Of a stretch of DNA of 64,000 nt, positions 37,701-46,822 are shown piece after piece (the stretch's first letter is position 1; every line of letters begins with the position of its first letter). Source of the stretch: Clostridia bacterium (GTDB taxonomy: Bacteria > Bacillota > Clostridia > TANB77 > CAG-508); NCBI GenBank assembly GCA_017510525.1, contig JAFWNC010000007.1, forward strand, positions 25,858 through 89,857, in the 5' to 3' direction. Both the position numbers and the translations under genes were made by a program. Below the pieces are notes generated by a model. It did no database searches. It was given only the letters and a program-made list of their open reading frames with translations, and had not been told where the DNA came from.

Positions 37701-38351
37701 ATGAATAAAGTGCTTTCATTTCAAAAAAACTTAGTAGAAGATATAGTTGATATATTTAAAAAAATAAGAATACCTTTTTTATTATTTTTAATATATTCTA
37801 TTATGGGTTGGGCTTTTGAAGTTATTGTTTTCTATTGTATGGAACATGAATTCATTAATAGAGGTTTCTTAATTGGACCTTGGTGTTCTATTTATGGATA
37901 TGGTTGTTTGATTGTTACATATGGATTGAAAAAATACAGAAAAAATCCCATGAAATTATTTGTAATTTCCTTTATTGTATGTAGTGTATTCGAATATTTA
38001 GTAAGTTATGTTTTAGATGTAATTTTTAATGCAAGATGGTGGGATTATAGTCAAAATTCATATCAATTAAATGGAAGAGTATGGCTAGTTACAAGTATTT
38101 TCTTTGCTTTTTTAGTATGCTTAATTGTAAATTATCTAAGACCATTCCTATTAAAAAGATTAAGAAAAATTCCCAAAAAAGCATTATCAATTATAACATT
38201 ATTTTTACTCTTTATATATGTTTCAGATGTTATCATTTCAAATGCTGCAATAATCAATTTAGGTGCAACACTTCAAACATTTGAACTAGATGTTACAGAA
38301 CAAGTTTCTGAATATGTATTTAATACAATAAAAACAATATTTAATATGTAA
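37701..38351 (+). CDS. polytopic membrane protein (DUF1113 / putative ABC-transporter type IV family-like)
   Basis: 216 aa, multiple TM segments. GWAFEVIVFY...GPWCSIYGYG pattern. Confidence 0.6.
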   Translation: MNKVLSFQKNLVEDIVDIFKKIRIPFLLFLIYSIMGWAFEVIVFYCMEHEFINRGFLIGPWCSIYGYGCLIVTYGLKKYRKNPMKLFVISFIVCSVFEYLVSYVLDVIFNARWWDYSQNSYQLNGRVWLVTSIFFAFLVCLIVNYLRPFLLKRLRKIPKKALSIITLFLLFIYVSDVIISNAAIINLGATLQTFELDVTEQVSEYVFNTIKTIFNM

Positions 38352-38426
38352 TTAATAAGGACGTGTAAATAAATACACGTCCTAAAATCTTGATTATCTC
38401 TAATAAATCATGTATAATATAACTAT

Positions 38427-38776
38427 GGGGATGTAATGGTTTCGACAATATCTCGGAACTATAAATAGCGAGTAGTGGAGCGCCAGGCCACTATAAAAGA
38501 CGCATAAAAAATAAACGCTGATAATAATGAATTAGCATTTGTTGCCTAAGCGCAGCAACGTCTTACTCCAGTAACCTACGACTAGAGATTAAGGCGCCAA
38601 ATTAGTAGGAAACGAATTTGTCTCTTTCTTCAGAGATAAAGGGATTTTTAGAAGATATATTTAATAATCGTTTGTTTATTAATGTTTATTAAACGAATTT
38701 AAATAATAAACTGCACTCGGAGAAGTTTATAGGGAAGGGGTGTTGGACAGGAGTTCGATTCTCCTCATCTCCACCA
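38427..38776 (+). ncRNA. ssrA: tmRNA (SsrA)
   Basis: 5' end GGGGATGTAATGGTTTCGACA, 3' tRNA-like end GGACAGGAGTTCGATTCTCCTCATCTCCACCA. Tag frame GCT GAT AAT AAT GAA TTA GCA TTT GTT GCC TAA (38517-38549, ADNNELAFVA). Extended -10 TGTATAAT at 38411-38418. Confidence 0.92.
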
Positions 38777-38902
38777 AAAATCGATTTCTATCATCAATCT
38801 ACGACTTTTTATATGATTAATTATTCCTCGACGTACCTTATGTACGCCTTTGGTCTAATTAATCATATAAAGAGCCGTATCTTAATAATAGAAATCGATT
38901 TT
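38777..38902. repeat. 126-nt imperfect palindromic element abutting the tmRNA 3' end
   Basis: Outer inverted repeat AAAATCGATTTCTAT/ATAGAAATCGATTTT. Inner pair TTATATGATTAATTA/TAATTAATCATATAA. Central ACGTACC-N-GTACG hairpin, repeated again at 38921-38944. Confidence 0.7.
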
Positions 38903-39113
38903 AAATTATTGTTTTAATTGAGACGTACCATTTGTACGTCTTTGTCTTGCTTAATAAAAGAAAAATCCATATCTCAATGATTTTGATGAGTTTTTAAATG
39001 GGTCATTAATCTATGTTTTACATAGATGTTTTTTTATTTTTTTGCTTGACATTATTTTAATTAAAGATATAATTATTATAGATAAGTTTAACAAAAGAAA
39101 AGTGAGGTAAATT

Positions 39114-40148
39114 ATGAAAAGTTTTAAGAATTTTTTTGAAAAAATCAAAGAATTAGATAATAAGAAGAAAATGATTATTATGGTTTCTTCTTTTATTGCA
39201 TTGCTTTTTATAGTTATTGCTGTTGTTTTATTAAATGTATTAAGAGATAAAGAAGTATCAATGGGTAATATAAATAATAGAGGAATGGTGGATACTGCAG
39301 GTGGTAAAACATATTTATATTATTATAATACAGATGTTGAAAATGGTGATAATGATAAAAATGGCTTATATAAGATTTCAGGTAATAAAGTACAGGAATT
39401 AGATAAGCAAAAGAATGTCCGTTATATAAATGCTTCTGGTAATTATATATATTATTTAGTTGAAAATGATGAAAATAAAGAAATAGTTAAAATTTCTAAA
39501 AATGGAAAAAATAGAACTGTATTAGTAGATGATATAGAAACTGGTGGAGCAACTAAAAATGAAATCTGGGTAAAAGGAAAAAATATTTACTTTATTGGTT
39601 CTAATAATAAATTAGAAGTTATTAATAAAAAAGGTGAAGATAGAAAACAAGTTAGCAATGAAGAAATGCTATGTTTCCAGATTGTGAACAAAGATATTTA
39701 TTTTATTAGTGCTGATTATGAATTGAAGAAAATGTCATTAAATGGTGAAAATGTTGAAAAAATTACTAATACCAATATTTCATCATTCCAAATATACAAT
39801 AAAAAAATATATTATTTAAATATGAACGATGAATATTTATATGAAATGGATTTAGATGGAGATAATGCAAAAGAAGTAATTAAAAATTTTGTTAGATATT
39901 ATAACATAAGCGATGGATATTTATATTATAATAAAACAAATGAAGATAATAAGATGTCAATATATAGGAGAAAACTAAATAGTAAAGAAGATGAAAAGGT
40001 TGTTGATTTAGAAGGAACATATACTTATATAGGAATATCTGGAAACTGGATGTATTATATAGATAAAATAGAGGATAACTATTATTATTACACTACTTAT
40101 CGAGTAAAATTAAATGGTAAAGATAAACAAGTAATTAAGGTAGAATAA
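39114..40148 (+). CDS. membrane-anchored beta-propeller-like repeat protein (DUF5050-like)
   Basis: N-terminal TM, then repeated NIYFI / KIYYL / YLYY blades. Confidence 0.6.
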   Translation: MKSFKNFFEKIKELDNKKKMIIMVSSFIALLFIVIAVVLLNVLRDKEVSMGNINNRGMVDTAGGKTYLYYYNTDVENGDNDKNGLYKISGNKVQELDKQKNVRYINASGNYIYYLVENDENKEIVKISKNGKNRTVLVDDIETGGATKNEIWVKGKNIYFIGSNNKLEVINKKGEDRKQVSNEEMLCFQIVNKDIYFISADYELKKMSLNGENVEKITNTNISSFQIYNKKIYYLNMNDEYLYEMDLDGDNAKEVIKNFVRYYNISDGYLYYNKTNEDNKMSIYRRKLNSKEDEKVVDLEGTYTYIGISGNWMYYIDKIEDNYYYYTTYRVKLNGKDKQVIKVE

Positions 40149-40170
40149 ATAAAATGTGAGGATTAAATAA

Positions 40171-40311
40171 ATGAATTTAGGAACAATTGCGTTTAATAAA
40201 AAAGTTTATAATCTAGATTTTATGACTAAAGATGAAATTAAAGATTTAGTTGATAGTGTTGATAAAGAAAAAATAAAAACAAAAAAAGAGCTTAAAAAGA
40301 TAATTCGTTAG
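40171..40311 (+). CDS. small hypothetical protein (46 aa)
   Basis: ATG 40171 with RBS gtgagga upstream. Below the ORF-track length cut-off. Confidence 0.35.
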   Translation: MNLGTIAFNKKVYNLDFMTKDEIKDLVDSVDKEKIKTKKELKKIIR

Positions 40312-40323
40312 GAAAGAGGAAGG

Positions 40324-41127
40324 ATGAAAGAGAAGAAAGAACTTGTAGATGATAAATTTAATAAAGTAATCAAGAAAATGTTGAATTTATTAAAGGTAAA
40401 TGCAATATCTAATTCTGCATTACAGCTTAAAAATTCTGAAGACATTATTTTGCAAAAATTAGAAAATGAGAAAAATTCTCTTGAATTTGGTATTAATTTA
40501 ATTAATAAAAATGTTCTTAAGAATCAAAAAAGATATTCAGATGTTTTTGATGAAATTGAAGAACTATTAGAGAGATACAAGGAATTATTATATAAAGCTT
40601 CAAGATATTATGATAATATTATCTTTTTTGAAAATGTTAAAATTTTAAAAGAAGAGTTATTTCAACTTGAACAGAGTAATCAAATAAATTCTTTGAGAAT
40701 GGATGAAAACAAGGCCAAGGAAAAGCTTGATAATAGTGATGATGAGATTGCTGAAAAGATTTATGCTATTGAAGAGGAAATTAGTAAAAGTGAAACTAAG
40801 GTTAAGAGAACTAAAACATTATTACGTAATAAGATTAAAGAAAAAGAAGATGCTTTGTTTTACGCAATAGAGACTAAAGAGAAGGAAATTCAAAGGGAAA
40901 TAAAGGGCCCTAGAGTTATAAAAAATGCTACAAGATTTTTTATGGGAAAATTAAATCCTGTTAAAATGATTGAGAGAAATGTTTTTTCTGGTTTAAAAGT
41001 TAGAATTGATGAATTTGAAAGAGATTCTGAGGAGATTTTTAGTAAAAAACTTAAATATACTGAAGAAAACATTTTAAGTATCATTGATGAATTAGTGAAA
41101 AAAACAGAAAAAAGGATATTGAAATAA
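40324..41127 (+). CDS. coiled-coil hypothetical protein
   Basis: 267 aa, Lys/Glu-rich heptad-like sequence. RBS gaaagaggaagg upstream. Confidence 0.55.
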   Translation: MKEKKELVDDKFNKVIKKMLNLLKVNAISNSALQLKNSEDIILQKLENEKNSLEFGINLINKNVLKNQKRYSDVFDEIEELLERYKELLYKASRYYDNIIFFENVKILKEELFQLEQSNQINSLRMDENKAKEKLDNSDDEIAEKIYAIEEEISKSETKVKRTKTLLRNKIKEKEDALFYAIETKEKEIQREIKGPRVIKNATRFFMGKLNPVKMIERNVFSGLKVRIDEFERDSEEIFSKKLKYTEENILSIIDELVKKTEKRILK

Positions 41128-41159
41128 TTTTAAAATTATGTTAATATATTATATAGTAA

Positions 41160-41400
41160 AAATCTTTGAGAAAGTTAAGTAGATTTAGGGTTAATATATT
41201 TAGAGAGAATAGGCCTTGGCTGAAAGCCTATTTATATATTCTTAAATTGAAATTTCGCTTTTTAGATGCTAGATTGAAGGTTTATAGTAGGTTTGGCCGG
41301 TTGTTACGTTATAACATTAGTTAAGGTTAATTATTTATAATTAATAAATTTAGGTGGTACCACGGAGCATTTCGTCCTATTAGGATGAAATGCTTTTTTG
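41160..41400 (+). promoter_or_regulatory. T-box riboswitch leader of pheST
   Basis: AGAGAG stem I element. T-box sequence AATTTAGGTGGTACCACGG (41347-41365). Terminator AGCATTTCGTCCT-ATT-AGGATGAAATGCT plus T6. UUC (Phe) triplets lie in the specifier region. Confidence 0.85.
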
Positions 41401-41402
41401 TT

Positions 41403-41452
41403 GTAGGCGCGGGGCTTGTCCCCGCCCACGGACGACCAATGGTCGCCTCTAC
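41403..41452. repeat. REPIN-like doublet inserted between the T-box terminator and the pheS start
   Basis: GTAGGCGCGGGGCTTGTCCCCGCC followed by CACGGACGACCAATGGTCGCCTCTAC. Two different REP subtypes, heads outward. Confidence 0.7.
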
Positions 41453-41485
41453 ACAGGTGACAAAGCCACAAAAAAGGAGGATTTT

Positions 41486-42535
41486 ATGAAAGAACAAATT
41501 GAAGAGATTAAGAAAAAAGCTTTGCAAAAGATACAAGAAGTTAAAGATTCAAAAGAATTGAATGATTTACGTGTTAATGTTTTAGGTAAAAAGGGTGAGC
41601 TTACTCAAGTTCTTAGAGGTATGGGCAGCTTGGCTCCAGAAGAGAGACCTAAGATTGGTGATTTAGTAAATAAGGTTAAATCACAAATTGAAATGCAAAT
41701 TGAAAAGGCTGAGAAGGAGTTTGCTAAAAGAGAACTTGAAGCTAAATTAGAAAAAGAAAAGATTGATATTACTCTTCCTAGTGAAAAGGTTAAAAGAGGT
41801 AGTAAACATCCTGTTAATAGAATGATTGAAAAAATAGAGGATTTATTTGTTTCTATGGGATATGATGTTGTTTCTGGTCCTGAACTTGAAACTGATGAGT
41901 ATTGTTTTGAAAGATTAAATCTTCCAAAAGGACATCCTGCTCGTGATATGCAAGATAGTTTTTATATAACTGAGGAGCACTTATTACGTACTCAAACTTC
42001 ATCTGTTCAAGCTAGAACTTTGATGAAATATAAAGATAATCCTCAGCCAATCAGAATTATTGTTCCTGGTAAGACTTATAGAAAAGAAGATGATGCAACT
42101 CATTCTCATCAATTCTGTCAATGTGAAGGTTTAGTTATTGATAAAAAAGAGAATCATGTTTCACTTGCTGATCTTAAAGGAACTTTAGAGATATTTGTTA
42201 AAGAGGTTATTGGAGATAATTTAGATTTACGTTTTAGACCAAGTTATTTCCCATTTACAGAGCCTTCTTATGAAGTTGATGTTACTTGTTTTAAATGTTT
42301 AGGAAAAGGATGTAGTTTGTGTAAACAAACTGGATGGATTGAGATTTTAGGTGCTGGTATTGTTCATCCAAATGTTTTAAAAATGAATGGATATGATCCT
42401 GATGTTTGGGGTGGATTTGCTTTTGGACCTGGTTTAGAGAGACTTACAATGTTTAGATATGGTATTCCAGATATGAGATATTTATATACTAATGACATTA
42501 GATTTTTAAAACAATTTGATAGGAAAGAAGACTAG
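41486..42535 (+). CDS. pheS: phenylalanine--tRNA ligase alpha subunit
   Basis: ATG 41486 after RBS aaggagg. The track start 41390 reads through the REP elements. Class II motifs include FPFTEPS and [11 protein letters not shown]. Confidence 0.92.
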   Translation: MKEQIEEIKKKALQKIQEVKDSKELNDLRVNVLGKKGELTQVLRGMGSLAPEERPKIGDLVNKVKSQIEMQIEKAEKEFAKRELEAKLEKEKIDITLPSEKVKRGSKHPVNRMIEKIEDLFVSMGYDVVSGPELETDEYCFERLNLPKGHPARDMQDSFYITEEHLLRTQTSSVQARTLMKYKDNPQPIRIIVPGKTYRKEDDATHSHQFCQCEGLVIDKKENHVSLADLKGTLEIFVKEVIGDNLDLRFRPSYFPFTEPSYEVDVTCFKCLGKGCSLCKQTGWIEILGAGIVHPNVLKMNGYDPDVWGGFAFGPGLERLTMFRYGIPDMRYLYTNDIRFLKQFDRKED

Positions 42536-42549
42536 GAGGTGAATGGGTA

Positions 42550-44925
42550 ATGAAATTAAGTAGAAAATTTGTAGAAGATTATATTGATTTAGATGAAAAT
42601 TTAACTATTACTGATATTGCTGAAGCTATGACAAATGTTGGTAGTGAATATGATTCTGCTGAAAAACTAATAAATGCAACTAAATTAGTTATTGGTGAGA
42701 TTGTAGAGTGCGAAGAACATCCAGATTCTGATCATTTACATGTTTGTAAAGTTAATATAGGAAGCGAAGTATTACAAATTGTATGTGGCGCTCCTAATGC
42801 TAGAGTTGGTATTAAAGTTGTTGTTGCTTTAGTTGGTGCTGAACTTCCAGGAGATTTTAAAATTAAAAAAGGTAATATTAGAGGTGTAGAATCTAATGGA
42901 ATGATGTGTTCTATTGCTGAACTTGGATTAGATAATAAGTTCTTAACTGATAAAGATAGAGATGGAATTCATGAATTACCTGATGATGCTGTTCCTGGTG
43001 AAGATCCTATTAAGTTTATGAAAATGGATGATGAAGTTATTGATTTTGAGTTAACTGCAAATCGTGGTGATTTACTAAGTATTTTAGGTATGGCTTATGA
43101 GTTGGGTGCAATTTATAATAAAAAAGTTAAAGATATTGATTTAAAACATAAAGATTCTGGAGAGGATTTTAATAAAGAATTTAAACTTGATATTGAAACT
43201 AAAGATAATTGTAAATTGTTTTTAGCTAGAAAAGCTTGCAATGTTACTATTAAAGAAAGTCCTGATTTTATAAAAAACAGACTTATTGCTTCTGGTATTA
43301 GACCTATTAATAATGTTGTTGATATAAGTAATTATGTTATGCTTGAGGTTGGTCAACCTTTACATTTTTATGATAGTGATAGATTAGGCAATAATTTAGT
43401 TGTAAGAATGGCTAAAGAGGGTGAAAAGCTTACTACTTTAGATGGAATTGAAAGAGAGTTAGCTTCTAATGATATAGTTATAGCTGATAAAGAAAAGCCT
43501 ATTGGTTTAGCTGGAGTTATGGGTGGATTAACAACAGAGGTTGAAGATGATACTAAAAATATAGTTATAGAAGCTGCTATCTTCGATTCTGTAAAGGTTA
43601 GAATGACTTCTAATAAGATTGTTAGAAGTGAAGCTAGTAATAGATTTGAAAAAGGTTTAGATCCTAATAGAACTTATATGGCTATGGAAAGAGCTTGTAC
43701 TTTATTAGAAAAATATGCAGGTGCTGAAATTCAAAAAGGTATAGCTGTATATGAAGATATTGATAAAAATGAAAAAGAAATTGAAATTGAGTACAAATTT
43801 ATAAATGATGTTTTAGGTTCAAATATTTCTGATAAAGAGATTAATTCTGTATTTGAAAGATTAGGATTTGAAGTTAAGCAAAATGGAGATAAAGCTACTA
43901 TTGTTGTTCCAACTAGAAGAATTGATATTAGTATAAAAGAGGATTTAGTTGAAGAAGTTGGACGTATTTATGGAGTAAATAATATTGAAGGAAAACTTCC
44001 TTTATCTAGTATGAAAAAAGGTAGTTATGATAAAACTACTCGTGAAATTAGAAATAAGATGATTTCTCTTGGTTTAAATGAAGTTTTATCTTATATTTTG
44101 ATTAATGATAAAGAGGTTCATAAATATACTAAAGATGACTTTGAAGAAGTTAAACTTTTAGATGCTTTATCTGAAGATAGAAATACTTTAAGATATAGCA
44201 TGATTCCTTCATTATATAAGATTTATGAATACAATAAGGCTAGAGGAGAAAAGGACATTTCTATTTTTGAAATTGGTAAAGGATTCTATAAAAAGAATGG
44301 AGAATATGGAGAAGATTCTAAACTTTGTTCTGTAATGTCTGGTGAGTATTATTTAGGAATAGATGGTCATAAAAATGTTGATTTCTATGTTATTAAGGGT
44401 ATTGTGGAAGAGATTTTAGATTATCTAGGATATGCTAATAGATATAGTTTTGTAGTTAAAAATGAACTTCCAGAAGAATTCCATCCATATCAAACAGCTG
44501 AGATTAATGTTAATAATGATATTGTTGGTATAGTAGGAAAATTACATCCAGAGGTATCTAAAGATGATGTATTTGTTTTTGAAATTAATTTAGATAAATT
44601 ATTGGCTAAAAAAGTTGGAAAGATGAAATATAAAGAAATTTCAAAATTCCCAGGAATTAAGAAAGATTTAGCTGTTGTTGTTGATAAAGATATTGAGTCT
44701 GAGGCTATATCTAAAGTGATAAAAAAAGCAGCAGGTAGTTTACTTGTTGGAAGCAAGGTTTTTGATGTTTATACTGGCAAGGGAATTTGTGATGATAAAA
44801 AGAGTGTTGCTTATTCTTTAGAGTTTAGAGCTGAAAATAGAACTCTTACTGATGAAGAGATTAATGGTTGTTTGGATAAGGTTATAGAATCGGTTAAGAA
44901 AGAATTTAAGGCAGAGTTAAGATAA
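42550..44925 (+). CDS. pheT: phenylalanine--tRNA ligase beta subunit
   Basis: 791 aa. N-terminal tRNA-binding OB domain, B3/B4, B5 and C-terminal FDX-ACB domain. Confidence 0.92.
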   Translation: MKLSRKFVEDYIDLDENLTITDIAEAMTNVGSEYDSAEKLINATKLVIGEIVECEEHPDSDHLHVCKVNIGSEVLQIVCGAPNARVGIKVVVALVGAELPGDFKIKKGNIRGVESNGMMCSIAELGLDNKFLTDKDRDGIHELPDDAVPGEDPIKFMKMDDEVIDFELTANRGDLLSILGMAYELGAIYNKKVKDIDLKHKDSGEDFNKEFKLDIETKDNCKLFLARKACNVTIKESPDFIKNRLIASGIRPINNVVDISNYVMLEVGQPLHFYDSDRLGNNLVVRMAKEGEKLTTLDGIERELASNDIVIADKEKPIGLAGVMGGLTTEVEDDTKNIVIEAAIFDSVKVRMTSNKIVRSEASNRFEKGLDPNRTYMAMERACTLLEKYAGAEIQKGIAVYEDIDKNEKEIEIEYKFINDVLGSNISDKEINSVFERLGFEVKQNGDKATIVVPTRRIDISIKEDLVEEVGRIYGVNNIEGKLPLSSMKKGSYDKTTREIRNKMISLGLNEVLSYILINDKEVHKYTKDDFEEVKLLDALSEDRNTLRYSMIPSLYKIYEYNKARGEKDISIFEIGKGFYKKNGEYGEDSKLCSVMSGEYYLGIDGHKNVDFYVIKGIVEEILDYLGYANRYSFVVKNELPEEFHPYQTAEINVNNDIVGIVGKLHPEVSKDDVFVFEINLDKLLAKKVGKMKYKEISKFPGIKKDLAVVVDKDIESEAISKVIKKAAGSLLVGSKVFDVYTGKGICDDKKSVAYSLEFRAENRTLTDEEINGCLDKVIESVKKEFKAELR

Positions 44926-44928
44926 AAT

Positions 44929-44952
44929 GTAGGGGCGACCATTGGTCGTCCG
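44929..44952 (+). repeat. REP-like element GTAGGGGCGACCATTGGTCGTCCG, probable pheT terminator
   Basis: GTAG head plus CGACCA-TTGG-TCG hairpin, followed by T-rich sequence. Lies 4 nt after the pheT stop. Confidence 0.7.
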
Positions 44953-45003
44953 TTATTCTTTTTATGTTGATATCAATGGGTATACATTTTTTGAAAAAAG
45001 ATT

Positions 45004-45073
45004 GGCGGGGACAAGCCCTGCCCCTACAAATAGATTTATTGCAAAAGATGTAGGGGTGGGGTTTGTCCCCACC
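45004..45073. repeat. REPIN-like doublet, left flank of ORF 45197
   Basis: GGCGGGGACAAGCCCTGCCCCTAC, spacer, GTAGGGGTGGGGTTTGTCCCCACC. Near-identical to 45900-45971. Confidence 0.75.
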
Positions 45074-45196
45074 TTTTTTAAATAAGTTGACGTAAAACTG
45101 GATAGATGGTATAATTTAGTTATATTCTTTTAGGAGGTGAATTGCTATTTTTAGCGATTGTTTGTTTAACGTTATTACTTAAATGGAGGTGTTATT

Positions 45197-45841
45197 ATGA
45201 AAATTAAACAACATTATTCACCAAATTCAATAAGATTTGAGTTCATATACGATGGACGGGATATTTGGAATCAGTTTATGAAAAGTAAAAGGATTTCCAA
45301 GTATTTTAGGCAAATTTTTTTTGATCCGAATTTTAATTCTTGGGTTGAAATGCTTTGGAAAGATTTAGGTGCAGATTGTACTTTGCAGGAATATAAAGAG
45401 AGGGTTATTGAGGCAATCAGTGTAAATCTCTTTGATTCTTCTATTATGATCTGTCGAGAGCATTTGTCTTTAGCCTTAGAAGATGTTGTATGCTATTGTA
45501 TTTGTAATAATATGGTAACAGAAAATGGAACTTCTTTTATGGTGCTAACTGATGGTGAGAGCAGAGCTTTATTGGATAATAAAAAAATTGATAAAGCATT
45601 TTCAAGTATTATACATGAAGAAGAAATAGTTCAAAGTTTAAATGAGATTGGAAAGTTATCTAAAAGTTCTGATCTTAAATATAGACTGTTGGACGGTATA
45701 TTAAAGTATTCTTACTATAATGCTTGTGCGATGATGTTTTCAGATTTCTCGTTATCACTTGAAAAAGCAATTTGCAAGTCCATGGATAAAGAGGTAATCC
45801 TCGGTTGGATTAATCAAATTAAGGAAAATCTTTTTGAGTAA
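45197..45841 (+). CDS. hypothetical protein, bracketed by direct REPIN copies
   Basis: 214 aa with strong RBS ggaggtg. No family recognised. Contains an in-frame CGG (45257-45259, codon 21) that does not coincide with a frame break. A hairpin at 45849-45870 follows. Confidence 0.55.
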   Translation: MKIKQHYSPNSIRFEFIYDGRDIWNQFMKSKRISKYFRQIFFDPNFNSWVEMLWKDLGADCTLQEYKERVIEAISVNLFDSSIMICREHLSLALEDVVCYCICNNMVTENGTSFMVLTDGESRALLDNKKIDKAFSSIIHEEEIVQSLNEIGKLSKSSDLKYRLLDGILKYSYYNACAMMFSDFSLSLEKAICKSMDKEVILGWINQIKENLFE

Positions 45842-45899
45842 GTAATATAAGGGTGGCTGTAGCTGCCCTTATTTCATTATTGAAAAATTCGCTGTAGAG

Positions 45900-45971
45900 G
45901 GGACAGGGGCAAGCCCTGCCCCTACAAATAAATTAATTGCAAAAGGTGTAGGGGTGGGGCTTGTCCCCACC
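45900..45971. repeat. REPIN-like doublet, right flank of ORF 45197
   Basis: GGGACAGGGGCAAGCCCTGCCCCTAC, spacer, GTAGGGGTGGGGCTTGTCCCCACC. Confidence 0.75.
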
Positions 45972-46078
45972 TTTTTATGTAATATGAAAAATTGATTTTT
46001 AAAAAAATATATTGCTTTTTTTTTTATTTATGATAGAATATGTTTTAAGAAAAATTTGTTTGGTTTTTGGAGGACGTT

Positions 46079-46690
46079 ATGTTTGCTTATTTAAAAGGTA
46101 GTTTAGAAGAAAAATCTACTAATTTTGTTGTTATAGATGTTGGAGGAGTTGGATATAAAGTTTTTATGTCAGCGTCTTCTATTGATAAAATTGGGGAGTT
46201 AGGAAATGTTGTTAAAGTTCACACTCATTATCATGTTAGAGAGGATGATATTAGTTTGTATGGCTTCTTAAGTAATGAAGAACTTAAAATGTTTGAGCTT
46301 TTATTGTCTGTTAGCGGAATTGGAGCAAAGTCAGCAATTACAATGTTATCTAATATAACTCCTTCAGCTTTTGCTGTTGCTGTTATTTCTAATGATATTA
46401 AGAGTTTAACTAAAATACCTGGAGTTGGAACTAAATCTGCTCAAAGAATTGTTTTGGAATTAAAGGACAAACTTAAAAATGAGGATGCAATTTCAAAGGG
46501 TGATGGTAATGAGGTAGCTACTACTGTTGAAAGTGTGGATACTTCAGCTAATTCTTCTGATGCTTTTGCGGCTCTTATTATGCTTGGGTATAGTAGACCT
46601 GAGGTTAACAAAGCTATTGAAAAGATTGATACTTCTAGTTTATCTACTGAGGATATTATAAAGGTAGCGTTAAAATATTTGGCAAGATGA
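46079..46690 (+). CDS. ruvA: Holliday junction DNA helicase subunit RuvA
   Basis: MFAYLKGSL..VVIDVGGVGYKV. Two HhH motifs (VSGIGAKSA, IPGVGTKSAQRIVLELK). ATG 46079 preferred to TTG 46067. Confidence 0.9.
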   Translation: MFAYLKGSLEEKSTNFVVIDVGGVGYKVFMSASSIDKIGELGNVVKVHTHYHVREDDISLYGFLSNEELKMFELLLSVSGIGAKSAITMLSNITPSAFAVAVISNDIKSLTKIPGVGTKSAQRIVLELKDKLKNEDAISKGDGNEVATTVESVDTSANSSDAFAALIMLGYSRPEVNKAIEKIDTSSLSTEDIIKVALKYLAR

Positions 46691-46717
46691 AACAAAGGGA
46701 CGGTTCTCTTGTTTTAC

Positions 46718-46789
46718 GTAGGGGCACATTGCAATGTGCCCAAAAAATAGATGAAGACATTTAACGGGCACATTACAATGTGCCCCTAC
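46718..46789. repeat. REPIN-like doublet of the GCACATTGCAATGTGCC subtype, heads outward
   Basis: GTAGGGGCACATTGCAATGTGCCC (46718-46741) and GGGCACATTACAATGTGCCCCTAC (46766-46789). Confidence 0.8.
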
Positions 46790-46822
46790 ATCTATAATCT
46801 TCAAGTTAGAAAGGAGAATAGT

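Noticed and set aside
41390-41485. N-terminal extensions of the pheS ORF (41390), trmL (36180) and rarA (46751) in the ORF track
   Set aside because: The extensions translate REP hairpins (for example [20 protein letters not shown]) and lack an RBS. Internal ATGs with good RBSs give proteins of normal length.
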